From Octopus sinensis (taxonomy: Eukaryota), in assembly GCF_006345805.1 (NCBI RefSeq), contig NC_043000.1, forward strand, positions 59,148,001 through 59,212,000: DNA of 64,000 bases. Reading direction: 5' to 3'. The first letter of the stretch is position 1, and every line of letters begins with the position of its first letter. A model generated the notes under the pieces. That model was not told where the DNA came from. It saw nothing but the letters and a program-made list of their open reading frames with translations, and did not search any database. Shown here one piece after another: positions 48,090 to 61,337 of the stretch. A program made the translations under genes and the position numbers.

Positions 48090-48900
48090 TTCAATAAAAC
48101 TGCCATCAGCCTCAATTACTGCCTTGATATGGCTTCTGAAATTTCTAAATGCATTGATCAGGTGATTATTATTCATTTTGGCCATAACATCCTTAGGTCA
48201 ACAGACATCAACAAATCCTTGGTATCATGGGCAGGTTTGTTGGCTTCCCTCTCATGGTGCCCCAAAGGTTTAGCCCAGAGAGTTTAAACCAGGAGAGCTA
48301 GGAGGCTAAATAGAAGTATGAAAATTTTTGGTCATCCACTCCTGTGTTATGCAAGCTGTATGAAAGGGAGCTGAGTCTTGCTGGAACACGTACACCTCCC
48401 CGTAGCAACTCTCTTAATCCAAAGCTTGACAACTGTCTCTGTTGTCTCGATGTCAGCTGCCACATTAATCTTAATATCTTGCAGGAAAAAGTGAGAAGGC
48501 ATGACATGGCCCTCATTTCTCATGACTCCCAAAGACCATCACAGATGATAGGAACTTGGTGTGCATAACAGTGAGGACTTCAGTAGGGCTGATACAGAGC
48601 CAGCTATCATTCTCCCTCTTCACTTTTGGATTTTGGACAAAACTCTTCTCATCTGAGAATCAGAGCATGTTTGGCTCCTCGGGTTACTTGAGTTTGTTCA
48701 GCAAGTTCTTCAATTGACTCAGATAGTTCTTGTTTTTATCAGACATGAACTGCCCTGTTATCATAATATAGGATTTGTATCTGTCTTTGTGCATCTAATC
48801 GTTGACTATGACACACGAAAATGATTAGTAATGGCCCTCATTGACTTGCCAAGATTGTCATTGATGATGTCCTGGACTTACTGGACAAACCTGATTTTTC
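48090..48900 (-). pseudogene. Tc1/mariner (maT-like) transposase relic
   Basis: Minus-strand VVKLWIKRVATGR.. followed by a degraded FQQDSAP and C-terminal FRSHIKAVIEADGSFIE. Confidence 0.7.
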
Positions 48901-51900
48901 TGACAATGTCTGACAGTCAAGAATGTTTTTCTTTTGGCTACAGAAAATATTCCTGCTAAAATCCAGGAGTTCTTTTCTTATTTTAAACATGAAGGACCTG
49001 GTGACATTTAAGGTTTCAATCTCAGATCCCTGTGGTTAAAGACAACAAAAACATGGTATGCTTTTTCATTATTTGCAGTAAATTCAAAGCTTCCATGTTG
49101 GGGCTGGAAAAGAAGAGAGATATTTAGTTAAAGTCTGGGCCACTTATTTGTTCTTAAAAGTTTTCTTCTCAAATAGCAGTACATCTGCAAAAAATTTGAA
49201 GATATTTTCAATTTATGAATTGTAACTTCATATATTTCTTACTTTTTATTTAAAATCTGTTTATTCACAAAATATGCAATGACCTATATAATAATGCTTA
49301 TTATTGATAATTTTTTTCTCCATTTTATGTCCTGGAACTGATTCACATTCCAGGTTTTTAACATTTTTCTTGAATATCTATTATTTGGTAGTTTACCAAG
49401 TTGATTCATGGCCCAAAATATGAGCATGCATTTATATTTACAGTTTATTGGTACCTATAGATTTCAGAGAGTTTTGTGGATTGTTCTTTCAGTGTGCATG
49501 TAGTTAATAATAATGTTAAAAGTTGTGCATTGAACTATCAGAAGATTAATCTGTCAAAACTGATCACTCAGTCAATGGAATAATGATAAAATGAAAAAAT
49601 ATCAATAAAAGTTGATAGGGCTTGAGAGTTTCAGGTGAATATAGATTTTTTTTTAAACTAGAGAAATACTATTATGTATTTCAGATACTAAAAATAATTA
49701 CTTGAAAGAGAAAAAGAAAATCTATATTTATAATTGTGATAATGCATTGTCTAGCATAACTGTTAAGTCTCTATAAATTGCTGTATCCATAATGTTAGCT
49801 TTTAAATTTCTTTCATTATGCACACTGGTTGGTATAAGGAAGGGCATCCAGCCATAGGACTCATGCCAAAGATAATATTGGTGTGTGATGTAGTCCTGTG
49901 GCTTGCTAGATCCTGTCAAACCACCCAGCCCATGCTGGCATGAAAAATGGATGTTAAATGATGATGATCATACACAGACTGCTTTTATTATTTCCTTGTT
50001 TCTTCTGCTATTAGAATAATACTATAAAAACTTGTGCAGTGAAAGAATAAAGTTATGTTATGACAGAAAGGTACTTGCCTTAAAATATTAAGTTTTCAAT
50101 TTCCACATATGATGACATGCAAGAGTAAAATGTTTTAAATTTCTTTATACTTTTTCAAGTTAACATGTACAAAGAATTAATATTTTATTGGACTAAGGAC
50201 TCAGGATTATAGGTTCAAAACAAGTAACTGAAAAACAAGGCAAAATATAAACAAATAAAATTTGCAATTTCATCTGTGGCATAAATTTTACACCTAAAAT
50301 AAACGTGTCTATTTTGGAATTTCATATATGGTAATATTGATGAAAATTTCCAAAACAGTTTTTGTGTAATTTCCATCATAATAATTAACTTCTGAAAAAC
50401 AGTAACCACTATATGAATTCTAATATTATTGCACAAGGTTAATTGTTTTACTAATCTCAGGAATATACCTGTTATATTATGTTATGTTATTACATATAGG
50501 ATTTTATTTGCATTTGTACCATTAACATTTTCATAGCTATTGTCTTTTTCAAACCCTTGCCATTATGAAAAAAGTAATTTGTTATAATTTTGCTTTTATG
50601 TTAACACTGAAATTTGTAAATCATTTTACCATATTTTTTTTTTCAAGAACAAAAAAAAAAAAACAACAACAAAAATAAAACTAGTTATTGTACATAACTG
50701 TTCAGATGATACATAAATATTTATTATAAATTTTATTTGGCAATGGAGGAGTAAATATTCAAATATTTTCCTGTGATTTGGACCAGTGAAATGCAATGGA
50801 GCAATTTATGGGACCATAATAAAAAGTTTTTGTTATGAGTTGTTTTTCATGTAGCTGTTCTTGGATAATGAGAAGTTTCATAGGAACAGATACAGCTGTT
50901 AACTTTTATATCTTTTATCTCTTAACTATTTTTTGTTAAGTAACTGCTACATCTTTGCTATTGGATGGTTGTGAAGCTTTATTGTACAAAGGTATCAGCA
51001 GATATCATCAAAAGCCTTAAGGTGATATTTGAAATTTTAATAATGTATTGATGATAGTAGTATATTAATAAAATAAAATAAAATATATTCTCTTTAATTG
51101 TTTTTTTCCCCCCTTTATTTCTTGTTTGTATGTGGATGTTTTGCATCTGTAAGAAATCGCATTAAAACTGTTTCCAAAACTTCTGAAAAAAAATTGGTGT
51201 TCCATAAATAGTTTGTTTATAATCAATTAGAATTAGAAGTTTTTCAGTATTTAACATTAAAAACAACTTCTAAAGCAGTAATTGTGAATAAAATGTCATC
51301 TATTAATATATGAATGAAAAAGTAGTGTATTGAATGCTGTACATAAAGTAATTCCTAATTAGTTGAAATTTCCCCCTCAGTTGGTTAAAGACAACAAAAA
51401 CCTAGTGGCAATTCTTAGTAACTCTCCAGAAAATAAGAAACTACAGTTAATTTATATGCTTAGAGGGAAATCTGATTTTCATAGGTAAGAGACCAATATG
51501 GACATGTTTCTGTCTATTAGGCCTCATCATAATATCTACTTGTCTAGTTGAAAAAGGTATAATATATGTAGGAAAAGAATTCTGAATAATTATTTGCCAG
51601 AGAAATTATATATATGATTTACACTTGAACACATACAAGCTTCTTGGAGACATTGCTTGGCATTTCAAAATATTTTCAGATAAAAGTTTTATATTGCCAA
51701 ATCATAATGATTTCTAACAAGGCCTTAATTTTTGAGGATTGGTGTAGTCAATTAAATCAACTCCCATTCAAGACAGTTATATATTTTATCTACCCCAGAA
51801 GAAAGAAAGGTCAGCCAACCTTAGCAGGATATGAAATCACAATGTAAAGGAGTATAGCTAAATACTACAAAGTATTTTGTTTGGTAGTCTGGCAACAAAA

Positions 51901-51929
51901 ACAGCGCCAATAACAACAGTAACAATAAT

Positions 51930-52741
51930 TATAATAATTCTTTCTACTATAGGCACAAGGCCTGAAATTTGGAGGAAGGGGCTAGTTGATTACATCAACC
52001 CCAGTACACAACCGTTACTTATTTCATTGACCCCAAAAGAATGAAAGGCAAAATCGACCTTGTCAGAAATTGAACTCAGAACATAAGAGCAGGATGAAAT
52101 GCCGCTAAGCATTTGCCCAGCATGCTAATGATTTTGCCAACTGACCACCTTAATAATAATAATCATTATAATTTCTACTCTAGGTACAAGGCCTTGAAAA
52201 GTTTTTGGGGACGGGGGAGGGGTAGTCGATTATATCAACCCCAGCATGTAACTAGTACTTATTTCATCAACCCTGAAAGGATGGAAGGCAAAGTGAACTT
52301 CGGTGAAATTTGAACTCAGAATAATAATAATAATCCTTTCTACTATAGGCACAAAGCCTGAAATTTGGTGGGAGGGGACTAGTCGATTACATCAACCCTA
52401 ATATTTCTTCACTGCTATTTAATTTATTGACTCCAAAAGGATGTAAGGCAAAGTCATCAAATACTGTTAAGTATTTCGCCCAGCATGCTAACGACTCTGC
52501 TTGCTCACTGTCTTAATAATAATAATAATGGGTTCAAATTTTGCCACAAGGGTAGCCACTTTGTGGGAGGGGACAAGTCGATTACATCCACCCCAGTCTT
52601 TCATTGGTACTTAACTTATCAACCCAGAAAAGATGAAAGGCAAAGTCAATCTCGGCAGAATTTGAACTCAGAATGTAAAGACAGATGACATACTGCTAAG
52701 CATTCTGTCCAGTGTGCTAACGATTCAGTTAGCTCGCCACC

Positions 52742-52742
<1 letters not shown>
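51930..52742 (-). mobile_element. Cluster of 4 S1 SINE copies separated by (AAT)n
   Basis: Repeated S1 cores with CpG-decayed variants. Confidence 0.8.
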
Positions 52743-52778
<36 letters not shown>

Positions 52779-52779
<1 letters not shown>

Positions 52780-54000
52780 CTTAAAATAATTCTGGTTGTC
52801 ATTACGTTACTTAACCCGTCGGTAACGCTTCCACGTGATTAGAGGTAGAAAGAGAGAGAGATAAAGAGTGAGAGAAGCGTCCGTGACGTGAGGAAGAGGG
52901 AATGTAATTGTAACGCTTTCACGTGATTTGTTCAAAAGAAAGAACAAGAGAAAGAAAAGAGAATAAGGCGATGAGTGAGACAGAAAGAGAGAGAAGCGTC
53001 TATGATATGTGGTGGGGGAACGTAATTATTACGTGGTTTAAAAAGTTAGTTGAAGGTAGTGATACAGAGGAGAATTAGGAATATAATTTTAGTAGAGGGG
53101 TGATGTTCTGATGGTGAGATTAAAGAAAGGGAGAGAGATGATGGTGGAGGTGGCGATGGTGAGTGCATAGCGAACAGTGAATTAAAAAAAAATTGAACAA
53201 AGTTTTTTTATATCACCTATCACTTAACGCATGCGTATCCCTAACTTGCCATTCACTTTAGAAAGAAACCAGTTTCCCGTTCGCCTGTTATATGCAATGG
53301 CTATCAATAAATCGTAAGAGCAGACATTTGATAAAGTAGGTTTCTTCTTTCCTGAACCTGTATTCGGTCATGGTCAGCTGTATGCAGCATTCCCAAGGGC
53401 TTGCAAATTAACCGACAACACTGACAAACAAGGGAAAAGAAGAGAGAGAACTTACACGAAGAACATAGTCTGCAAAGAAGTATTGGATTGAAAAGTGTAC
53501 GCAAATTGAAATGTGTATTGGCTCTGACCCATCGCCTTGGCTTATAAGTTACCAACGATGTGGTTTTCAGAGTATACCATGTTGCATTAAATTTTGACCC
53601 TCGTGAAATTGCGACCCCTATATTTTACATATAAAATAATTTTTTTTACTATAAAATTTTTGTTTTCTATATTTGGAATTGTAACCATGTAAAATTTAAA
53701 ATGTAATTTTTTCTGTTTACAGGGAAAATGGAAAAATAAGAGTGAATATTTATTGTATGAATGCTGTGTATTAAGTCTATAAAATTGTGCATAAAGTATA
53801 TGAAGTATGTATATAAAGTGCCTCAAGTAATCATTGCATTTTAGTTTCCTTCACTTTTAACCCAATGAATAGCAGATGAGCGACTATCTTTTGATACAGA
53901 TACAGCACAGGCTGCGCTTTCAGGCTTTTTGGATAAAGTATTCAGGAATAACCCAATAGGTTTAATATTAATTCCGTGAAATATTCACGGGTCCCGCTAG
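52779..54000 (+). mobile_element. Non-autonomous Helitron carrying a Pif1-helicase C-terminal fragment
   Basis: A|TC start inside (AAT)n; hairpin CCGTGAA-ATA-TTCACGG (53974-53990) followed by CTAG|T; QFPVRLLYAMAINKS*EQTFDKVG..PVFGHGQLY at about 53260-53400. Confidence 0.88.
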
Positions 54001-54004
54001 TAAT

Positions 54005-54226
54005 AATAATATTCCTTTATACTATAGGTACAAGGCCTAAAATTTTGGGGAAGGGGGCTAGTCGATTGCATCGACTCCAGTGCATAACTGGTACTTATTT
54101 CATCGACCCCCGAAAGGATAAAAGGCAAAGTCGACCTTGGCGGAATTTGAACTCAAAACGCAAAGACAGACGAAATACCGCTAAACATTTTGCCCGTTGT
54201 GTTAACGATTCTGCCAGCTCGCCACC

Positions 54227-54228
<2 letters not shown>
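54005..54228 (-). mobile_element. SINE S1, near-consensus with CpGs retained
   Basis: Full core including GTCGACCTTGGCGGAATTTGAACTC and GAAATACCGCTAA. Confidence 0.88.
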
Positions 54229-54316
<88 letters not shown>

Positions 54317-54328
54317 TAATAATAATAA
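54229..54328. repeat. (TAA)n microsatellite
   Basis: Direct reading. Confidence 0.97.
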
Positions 54329-54800
54329 AAAAGTCGAAACTAAACAACATTTAATAATACCACATAGTAGTAGGAGCAAAGATGGCATCTCAAGACTGTT
54401 ACAATACCAGTGATTGTAGGAGCACGTGGAATGATCAAAAATGGAGCTGAAAATTATTTAAGAATGATCCCTGGGTTACCGTACATGCAGGAGGTGCAAA
54501 AGATTGTATTAACTGGTACATCACACGTATTGAGGAAAGCATTGTTGCGGTGAATTTTGTTTCTTTTTTTACCCTTTGCTTACTTTTATATTTTATATAT
54601 TTTTCTTTTTCTCTCTGTCTTTCTCCCTCCTTTTTCTATCACATGACTTTGCAAATGGACAATCTAGTGTGATTATTTTAATGGCCTACAAATGTATACA
54701 GTGCATTTCTCTGCCCTAGGTGTCAGGAAGACACTCGGCGAGAAAAGGAAACATAATTGAAAGAAGGTGATAATAAAAGTAATAATAATAATAATAATAA

Positions 54801-57800
54801 TTAACGGAACCTATAACAAATCCAAGCAAAAGAACAACGGACGGATAATCACAAATACTATAAACTAGTTGATTTAGGAGTTACGCACACACACACACAC
54901 ACACACACATACACACACGCACGCACACTACTATGCAACACCTCCAAAACCATTCAGACTGTAAATACCCAACAAAATGAAAACCCACTACATGTGCCAT
55001 AGAAGGCCAATACCCGACAGAAGAACACAAACTGTGCTACACTAACAAGACAAAATATACAAGCTAATACAACAGAAGAATCAAACAAAATTCCAAGATA
55101 AAATGTACTGGTACAATACCCCCCCCCCCAAAAAAAAAAAATTGCAGCACACACCACTCCATGAGTACAAAGGTGCAACAAATGATGCAATAGAAGTTGC
55201 TTGAAACTTTCAGATGTCGAAAAATAAAAGTGGTGATGACGATGGTGACGAACGTTACCTTACTTCAGTTTATGAGAGACAGGAGTTTCCGAAGAACTTT
55301 GGTTGTAACAGCGAAAATGAAGCTGAACCTTTAAGGCAGTGCTTTTCAAACTTTTTGCAGGAGCGGAACCCCAAGGAAACATTCCACTGGCTCGAGGAAC
55401 CCCTGTGCAATAATTTAATAGTCTTATGCACACATATCTGCACAGGAGAATTAAAAATTTACTGCCGATTTAAGCAGTTTTGTAATTTCTTGCGGAACCC
55501 CTGGACTGTACTGGCGGAACTCTGGTTGAAAACCACTGCTTTAAGGGAAGGCCTCTCGCTCAGCAGTGGACCAGTAAAGATGCAGACTGACCACAGCTGT
55601 CATCCTAATATAGCATCAGCAGATAATAGAGCAAGGAGGAGGAAGCGGGGCTAGCGAATAAAAGAGAATAGTGATACAGTGCTACTTAGAAAGTGAACCT
55701 AAAAGAAGAGGCTATAGAAAACGGTTAACACTTTGGGTAGAGAAGGGTATGTTAAAGTGACTGAGAAGAGATTAGTTGATGAAGCTAATGCTATTAGGAT
55801 AAGAAAGTGGATGACAGAAGTGGAGGTAGAAGAGATCACAAGAGAACTGGAAAAGAAAGACCAGGCAGAATGAAAAACAAACAACATAAGAGATACAGCA
55901 CAAACCAAAGAAGAACCTAAAGGAAACAATAATAATAACGCTACCAATAAGGAAGGGACAACTGGTACCAACGACTTAAGTGATTTAAGTGAGGAAGGTC
56001 AGAAGATTTTAGATGAGTTGCAGGAAGTACTGAGTAAAGAGCTAGCAACTATAGACCAACTATAGACCAATCCCATTAGTGTGGAAGCTGTTAACAGGAA
56101 TGCTTTCAGAAAGTATTTACGAGCACCCTGACAACCAGAGTTTACTACCAGAACAGAAAAGTTACAAGAAGAAGGCTCGAGGGACATATGATTTATTATA
56201 TATAGACTAGACAAAGCTGTTCTAAATGAAGTAAAAGCTAGGAAGAAAAATCTGACAATAGCATGGATAGATTATAGGAAAGCCTATGACATGATCCCAC
56301 ACTCATGCATAAGTGAATGTTTGAGTATATTCAGTATAGCAGACAACATAAGAGAATTAATTAGCTGTTGCATGAAGAAATGGAAAGTAGATCTCTACTC
56401 AGGTGACATACTCTTAGGGAAAATTAATAGCAACAGAGGAATTTTTCATGGGTGACTCGTTGTCCCCTTTGATATATGTATTATGTTTGATCCCTCTCAG
56501 TTTAGGAAGGCAAAGGCAGGGTATCAGTTTAGAAATAGTAAGGGAAAAATTAACCATTTTTTCTACATGGATGATCTGAAGCTTTTTAGTAAGAATGAAA
56601 AAGAGATAGATTCCTTAATACAAACTGTAAGACTCTTCAGCAATGATATAGGTATGAAATTTGGCATAGATAAGTGTGAAATATTCGTCATGAGAAAGGG
56701 ACTGGTAGTCAACAGGAAAAGCATTCAATTACCAGATGGCTAGACATTAAAATCATTGAACGGAGGAGAGTGATAAGTATCCAGGAGTATCAGAATCTGA
56801 CAGAGTACTAACTACAGAAATGAAAATGAAATTTGAGAAGGAGTACACCAGAAGGGTGAGGAAGCTAATGAAGTCAAAGCCAAATGGTCCGAACTAGTGA
56901 AGGCTGTAAATTCCTCGGCAGTATCATTACTTAGATAATCAACAGCTTTTGTAGCTTGGACAAAAACTAAATTAGCAAAGCTAAACAGAAGAACCAGGAA
57001 GGAATTCAATATGAATGGAGGATTCCACCTAAAGGCGGGAGTAGCAAGATTATACCTTCCTAAAAAGGAAGGTGGAAGAGGGTTAATATCAGTAGCAGAC
57101 TGTGTGGAGTTAGCTAGAGTAGATATAAACTCCTATGTAGGTAATAGTGAAAAAAGTTTATTAAAAGCTGCTAGAGTCACAGCAAGACATAGGAAAACCA
57201 AAACACCAAACTAACTTAAAAACCAGAAAAAAGTGCAGAAATTATCTGACTGGCAGGAGAAAGCGTTGCATAGTAGATTCCCTTAGATAGTTTCAGCAAA
57301 CAGTAGCAGTGAGACATAGTTATAGCTGCAGAAAGGAAAGCTGAAGAAGGAAACAGAAAGTTTGTTAGTAACTGCATAAGATCAAGCATTAAGGACTAAT
57401 TGGATAAAAGCCAAGATGACAAAAACCAACTAGATTCCCAATGTAGATTATGCAAATCAAAAGGGGAAAACGTTACTCATACAGAAAGTGAATGTAACAT
57501 GCTGGCTCAGAAAGAATACAAGAAAAGAACGACAATTTAGAGAGAGCAATCCACTGGGAGCTATGTAGAAAGCTAGGATTTGAACATACTGATAGACAGT
57601 ATGAACATGAACCTAGTAAAGTTTTAGAAATAAGAAATACAAGATGTTGTGGGACTTTGACATCCAGGCTGTCAGAGTAACAGAAGTTAGAAGGTAGTAA
57701 TAGATAAAGAGAATAGAAAGTGCCAGATAATTGACTTTACAGTCCTAAATGATGAAAACATCAATATGAGAGGTATAGAGAAAATAGCTAAGTACCAGGA

Positions 57801-58100
57801 CCTAGCTATTGAATTTACAGAGACTATGGAAAGTGCAGGTAAAATGTATCCCCGTAGTTATAGGTGCACTGGGAATTATTCTTAAAATCTGAACAGATGG
57901 ATAGAGGAAACAGGCATAAAAGCCAGTTTAGTACAGCTCCAGAAAACAGTGTTATTAGGCAGAGTTAGGATACATAGGATGGTTCTTGGTATCTAAAGTT
58001 ACTTGCTGTAACCCTATAAGAGGGTTCTTAACATCTAAGGCTACTTGTAGCCTGATGTTAGGATTCTTTTCTTTTCCAGCAGTCTAATCTGTTGAGTGTA
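54801..58100 (+). mobile_element. Decayed R4/Dong-like non-LTR retrotransposon (C-terminal RLE type) bounded by (TAA)n
   Basis: GIFHGDSLSP, KINHFFYMDDLKLF, DIGMKFGIDKC, LYLPKKEGGRGL, CRLC..KGENVTH..SEC and WDF motifs. The 5' boundary is tentative. Confidence 0.75.
55337..55538. mobile_element. hAT-type MITE
   Basis: TIRs CAGTGCTTTTCAA and TTGAAAACCACTG; perfect 8-bp TSD CTTTAAGG (55329-55336 and 55539-55546). Confidence 0.92.
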
Positions 58101-58116
58101 AATGATGATGATGATA

Positions 58117-58200
<84 letters not shown>
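58101..58200. repeat. (ATG)n(ATA)n compound microsatellite
   Basis: Direct reading. Confidence 0.95.
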
Positions 58201-58320
58201 GCAGTGTTATTAGGGACAGCTTGGATACTTAGGCAGGTTCTTGGCATCTAAGGTTACTTGTAGCCCAATGTTAGGAGTTTTTTCTTTTCCAACAGTCTAA
58301 TTTGTTGTGTGTATATGAAA
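58201..58320 (+). mobile_element. Second short 3'-end copy of the R4/Dong-like element
   Basis: CAGTGTTATTAGG...CATCTAAGGTTACTTGTAGCC..TGTTAGGA..TTTTCC.ACAGTCTAAT repeats 57947-58100 and is followed by (ATA)n. Confidence 0.8.
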
Positions 58321-58331
58321 ATAATAATAAT

Positions 58332-58727
58332 AATCCTTTGTACAAAAGGCACAAGTCCTGAAATTTGGTGGAGGGGATAGTCGATTACACCGACTCCAGT
58401 GTTTCATTGGTACTTAATTTATCAACCCCGAAAGGATGAAAGGCAAAGTCGACCTCAGCGGAATTTGAACTCAGAACGCAACAGCAGACGAATACCTATT
58501 TCTTTACTACCCACAAGGGGCTAAACACAGAGGAGACAAACAAGAACAGACAAACGAATTAAGTCGATTACATCGACCCCAGTGCGTAACTGGTCCTTAA
58601 TTTATCGACCCCGAAAGGATGAAAGGCAAAGTCGACCTCGGCGGAATTTGAACTCAGAAGGTAACGGCAGACAAAATAGCGCTAAGCATTTTGCCCGGCG
58701 TGCTAACAATTCTGCCAGCTCGCTGCC
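58332..58727 (-). mobile_element. S1 SINE dimer: full copy with Tx1-like tail (58497-58727) joined at GAATACC to a headless copy (58332-58496)
   Basis: Tail TATTTCTTTACTACCCACAAGGGG on the plus strand; A-box-like TGGCAGAATTG and B-box-like GAGTTCAAATTCC on the minus strand. Confidence 0.88.
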
Positions 58728-59339
58728 ATAACAACAACAACAACAACAGTTATGATTTCTTTATTTGCCATAAATGCAACTCATAGATGCATATACAGAA
58801 GGCTAAAGTATTTTAGGCATACATATGATTGAATTACAAATGATGCTATATAAACAATAAAGATATACATAAAGTCGTTGGCAAATTGATTGAAGTTGAA
58901 AAGACTTTTTAGTCTTGCTGAGGGTAAGACAACCTCTAATAATGTTGGCATCTTGAAACAAAATGCGCACAATATATTTTGTAAAGTGTTCGATGTCAGG
59001 AAGGGCATTCAGCTATAGGAAGTATGCCGAACTGTGACATTGGGGCAAGATATGGTTTTCCTATTTTGATCCTGTCAAACCCATGTTCGTATGGAAAGCA
59101 AACATAGAAGATGTTGATTAACTACACGTAGACTGTTGGCGATTTTTACCTCCTTCTTCCTTTTTGTTTGGACTTTCCTATGTTTCCTGTTTCCGAAGAA
59201 GAGCTATGCTCGAAACGTAAAACAACCACTCTTTTTCTTCTATGAGCGTTTTATTAATACCTTGCATGTGCTACGTCCTCACGTTGTTGTATTTTTCTCC
59301 GTTTTTTAAATTAATTATACAAATACACACACACACATG

Positions 59340-59529
59340 CATAATATATATATATGTATATTATGTATGTATGTATGTATGTATGTATGTATGTATGTAT
59401 GTATGTATGTATGTATATATATATATATATATATGTATCTATGTTAGTATGTACATATATATATATGCATGTATATATATATATGTATATTATGTATGTA
59501 TGTATATATACATGTATATATATATATAC

Positions 59530-59564
<35 letters not shown>

Positions 59565-59660
59565 ATATATATATATACGTGTGTATGTATACATGTGTGT
59601 GTCTCTATCTCTATATATACATATATATGTATGTATGTATGTATGCATGTATGTACGTAT
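59340..59660. repeat. (TATG)n/(TA)n low-complexity tract
   Basis: Direct reading. Confidence 0.95.
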
Positions 59661-61264
59661 TCACATATACTTCGTTTGTGTATTTGGTTTGCAAGATCTT
59701 TTATGTGAGTTCGTGTGTTGAAACAAATTTTGTTGTGTCTTGAGAAAGTCATTATACCAATATTACAGTAAGATCCATGATAGTAGAATCCAAGAAGTAT
59801 GACGTTCCAATGGTAATCTGGGTGAAGTACTGATAGAGTAGTTCAAGAGAGGTGGCAAAGTTCCGAGAAGGTAGGAAAGGAAATGAGGGTTCTAGAGAGG
59901 AGGAAGTTCAATCGGGTAGAATCAAATTGCAGTGATCACATGAGCGTATATTATATATGGTTCAAAATTTACAAAAAAAAAAAAAAAAAGAAAAAGAAAA
60001 AAAGAAAAGTAAAGCAAAGCAAACGTAAAAACGAAAAGCAAAAGGCAGCAGAACAACAAAGTGCGATTGTTTGACGCTCAGGAAAAATGGAAGAGTCTTT
60101 GACGTTTCAAGCCTACACTTTTCTACAGAAAGGAATGAGGAGAGAAAATAGATGAAAAAAAAAGCGGAGAAAAAAAGTGTCTGGATTAACAGTTGCACAT
60201 GTTGAAATGACCGGAAGGAAGTTGTTGGAGCCAAGGATGTCAAGGGAGACAACAGTAATCTGGCTAAAGTGTGTGTGCATGTGTTTTTATGTATATGGGC
60301 CGGCGACAAACATGTGTATGAAGATATTCATACAAGTTTAAATATCTAGTAAACCAGCCTAACAATTGATTCATTAATTAGTTCCTTTATTAATTTTATA
60401 TCGCAATGTGAGGCTACATCATCGTTGATTTCTGTGTTCAACAAGCCAATCACTGATTTTCTAAATGGAAAACGTCACCAGTTTTTCGATTTCTCGCCAT
60501 ATATATGCATTGATCCTTTTTCTGACAGCAGTGCTATTGTTAACTCAGGTTTTAAACCTTTCTCGTGATTCTAGTGATACTAAGTAAATCATCTACCCAT
60601 GCTGTTAAACTCATGCGAACTATTTAACTTGGCGTAAATATTTATTTTGTGTGGTTGGTTGTTACGACGAAACATATTTTGCGCATTAATTCGACACGAA
60701 CTTCATGTTCTTGCATCCATCTCTCAACTTAATTAAATTGTTACTCTGGTGATTACCAAAAAGTAGAAATTTTCTTGTTATAATCAACCTCGACTATCAA
60801 AAAATGTCTCCCCATTAACTGTCCACATTGTGTCAATATCTCATGGAAATAATCGTGTTAAAGATAAACCAACTAATCGTAGCTCTGAAATAAATTCACA
60901 TATGTTCACTCAGCATATTGACTTAATTTTGTATCAAACAAAACATCATGCAGTTGGTCTCTTATATTCATAAATGTAAAAAGAAAGAAAATAGAACTAC
61001 ATGCGAAATTTATCAAATATGTACATTTACTGACGTTAAATCAAAAACTATGCATAACTCGTGGAGGAAGAAAATTAACTACTCAAAAGAATCAAAAGAA
61101 GCTTTTAGGGATAATGCAACTTATGGCTAGATTCTAGGTCTGGATCGCATTAATAGCAAATGGAAGAGAAATTGCTGAGGCATGGTTGTGTGGGTAAGAA
61201 ATTCGCTTCACTTCAGAATTAAACGGTTTCAAGTTCGATTCTATTGCAAATGCACTCACACACA

Positions 61265-61337
61265 TGTATGTATGTATGTATGTATGTATGTATGTATGTA
61301 TGTATGTATGTATGTATGTATGTATGTATGTATGTAT
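61265..61337. repeat. (TATG)n microsatellite
   Basis: Direct reading; preceded by a degenerate tRNA-like SINE head at about 61178-61235. Confidence 0.95.

Noticed and set aside
55214-55654. 146-aa ORF as a gene
   Set aside because: It reads through a hAT MITE with a perfect TSD inside a LINE relic, so it is a chance chimera.
59150-59310. Penelope-like terminal repeat (GAAGAAGAGC..CTCGAAACGTAAAA)
   Set aside because: Only a short motif resemblance from recall; no associated RT or GIY-YIG sequence.
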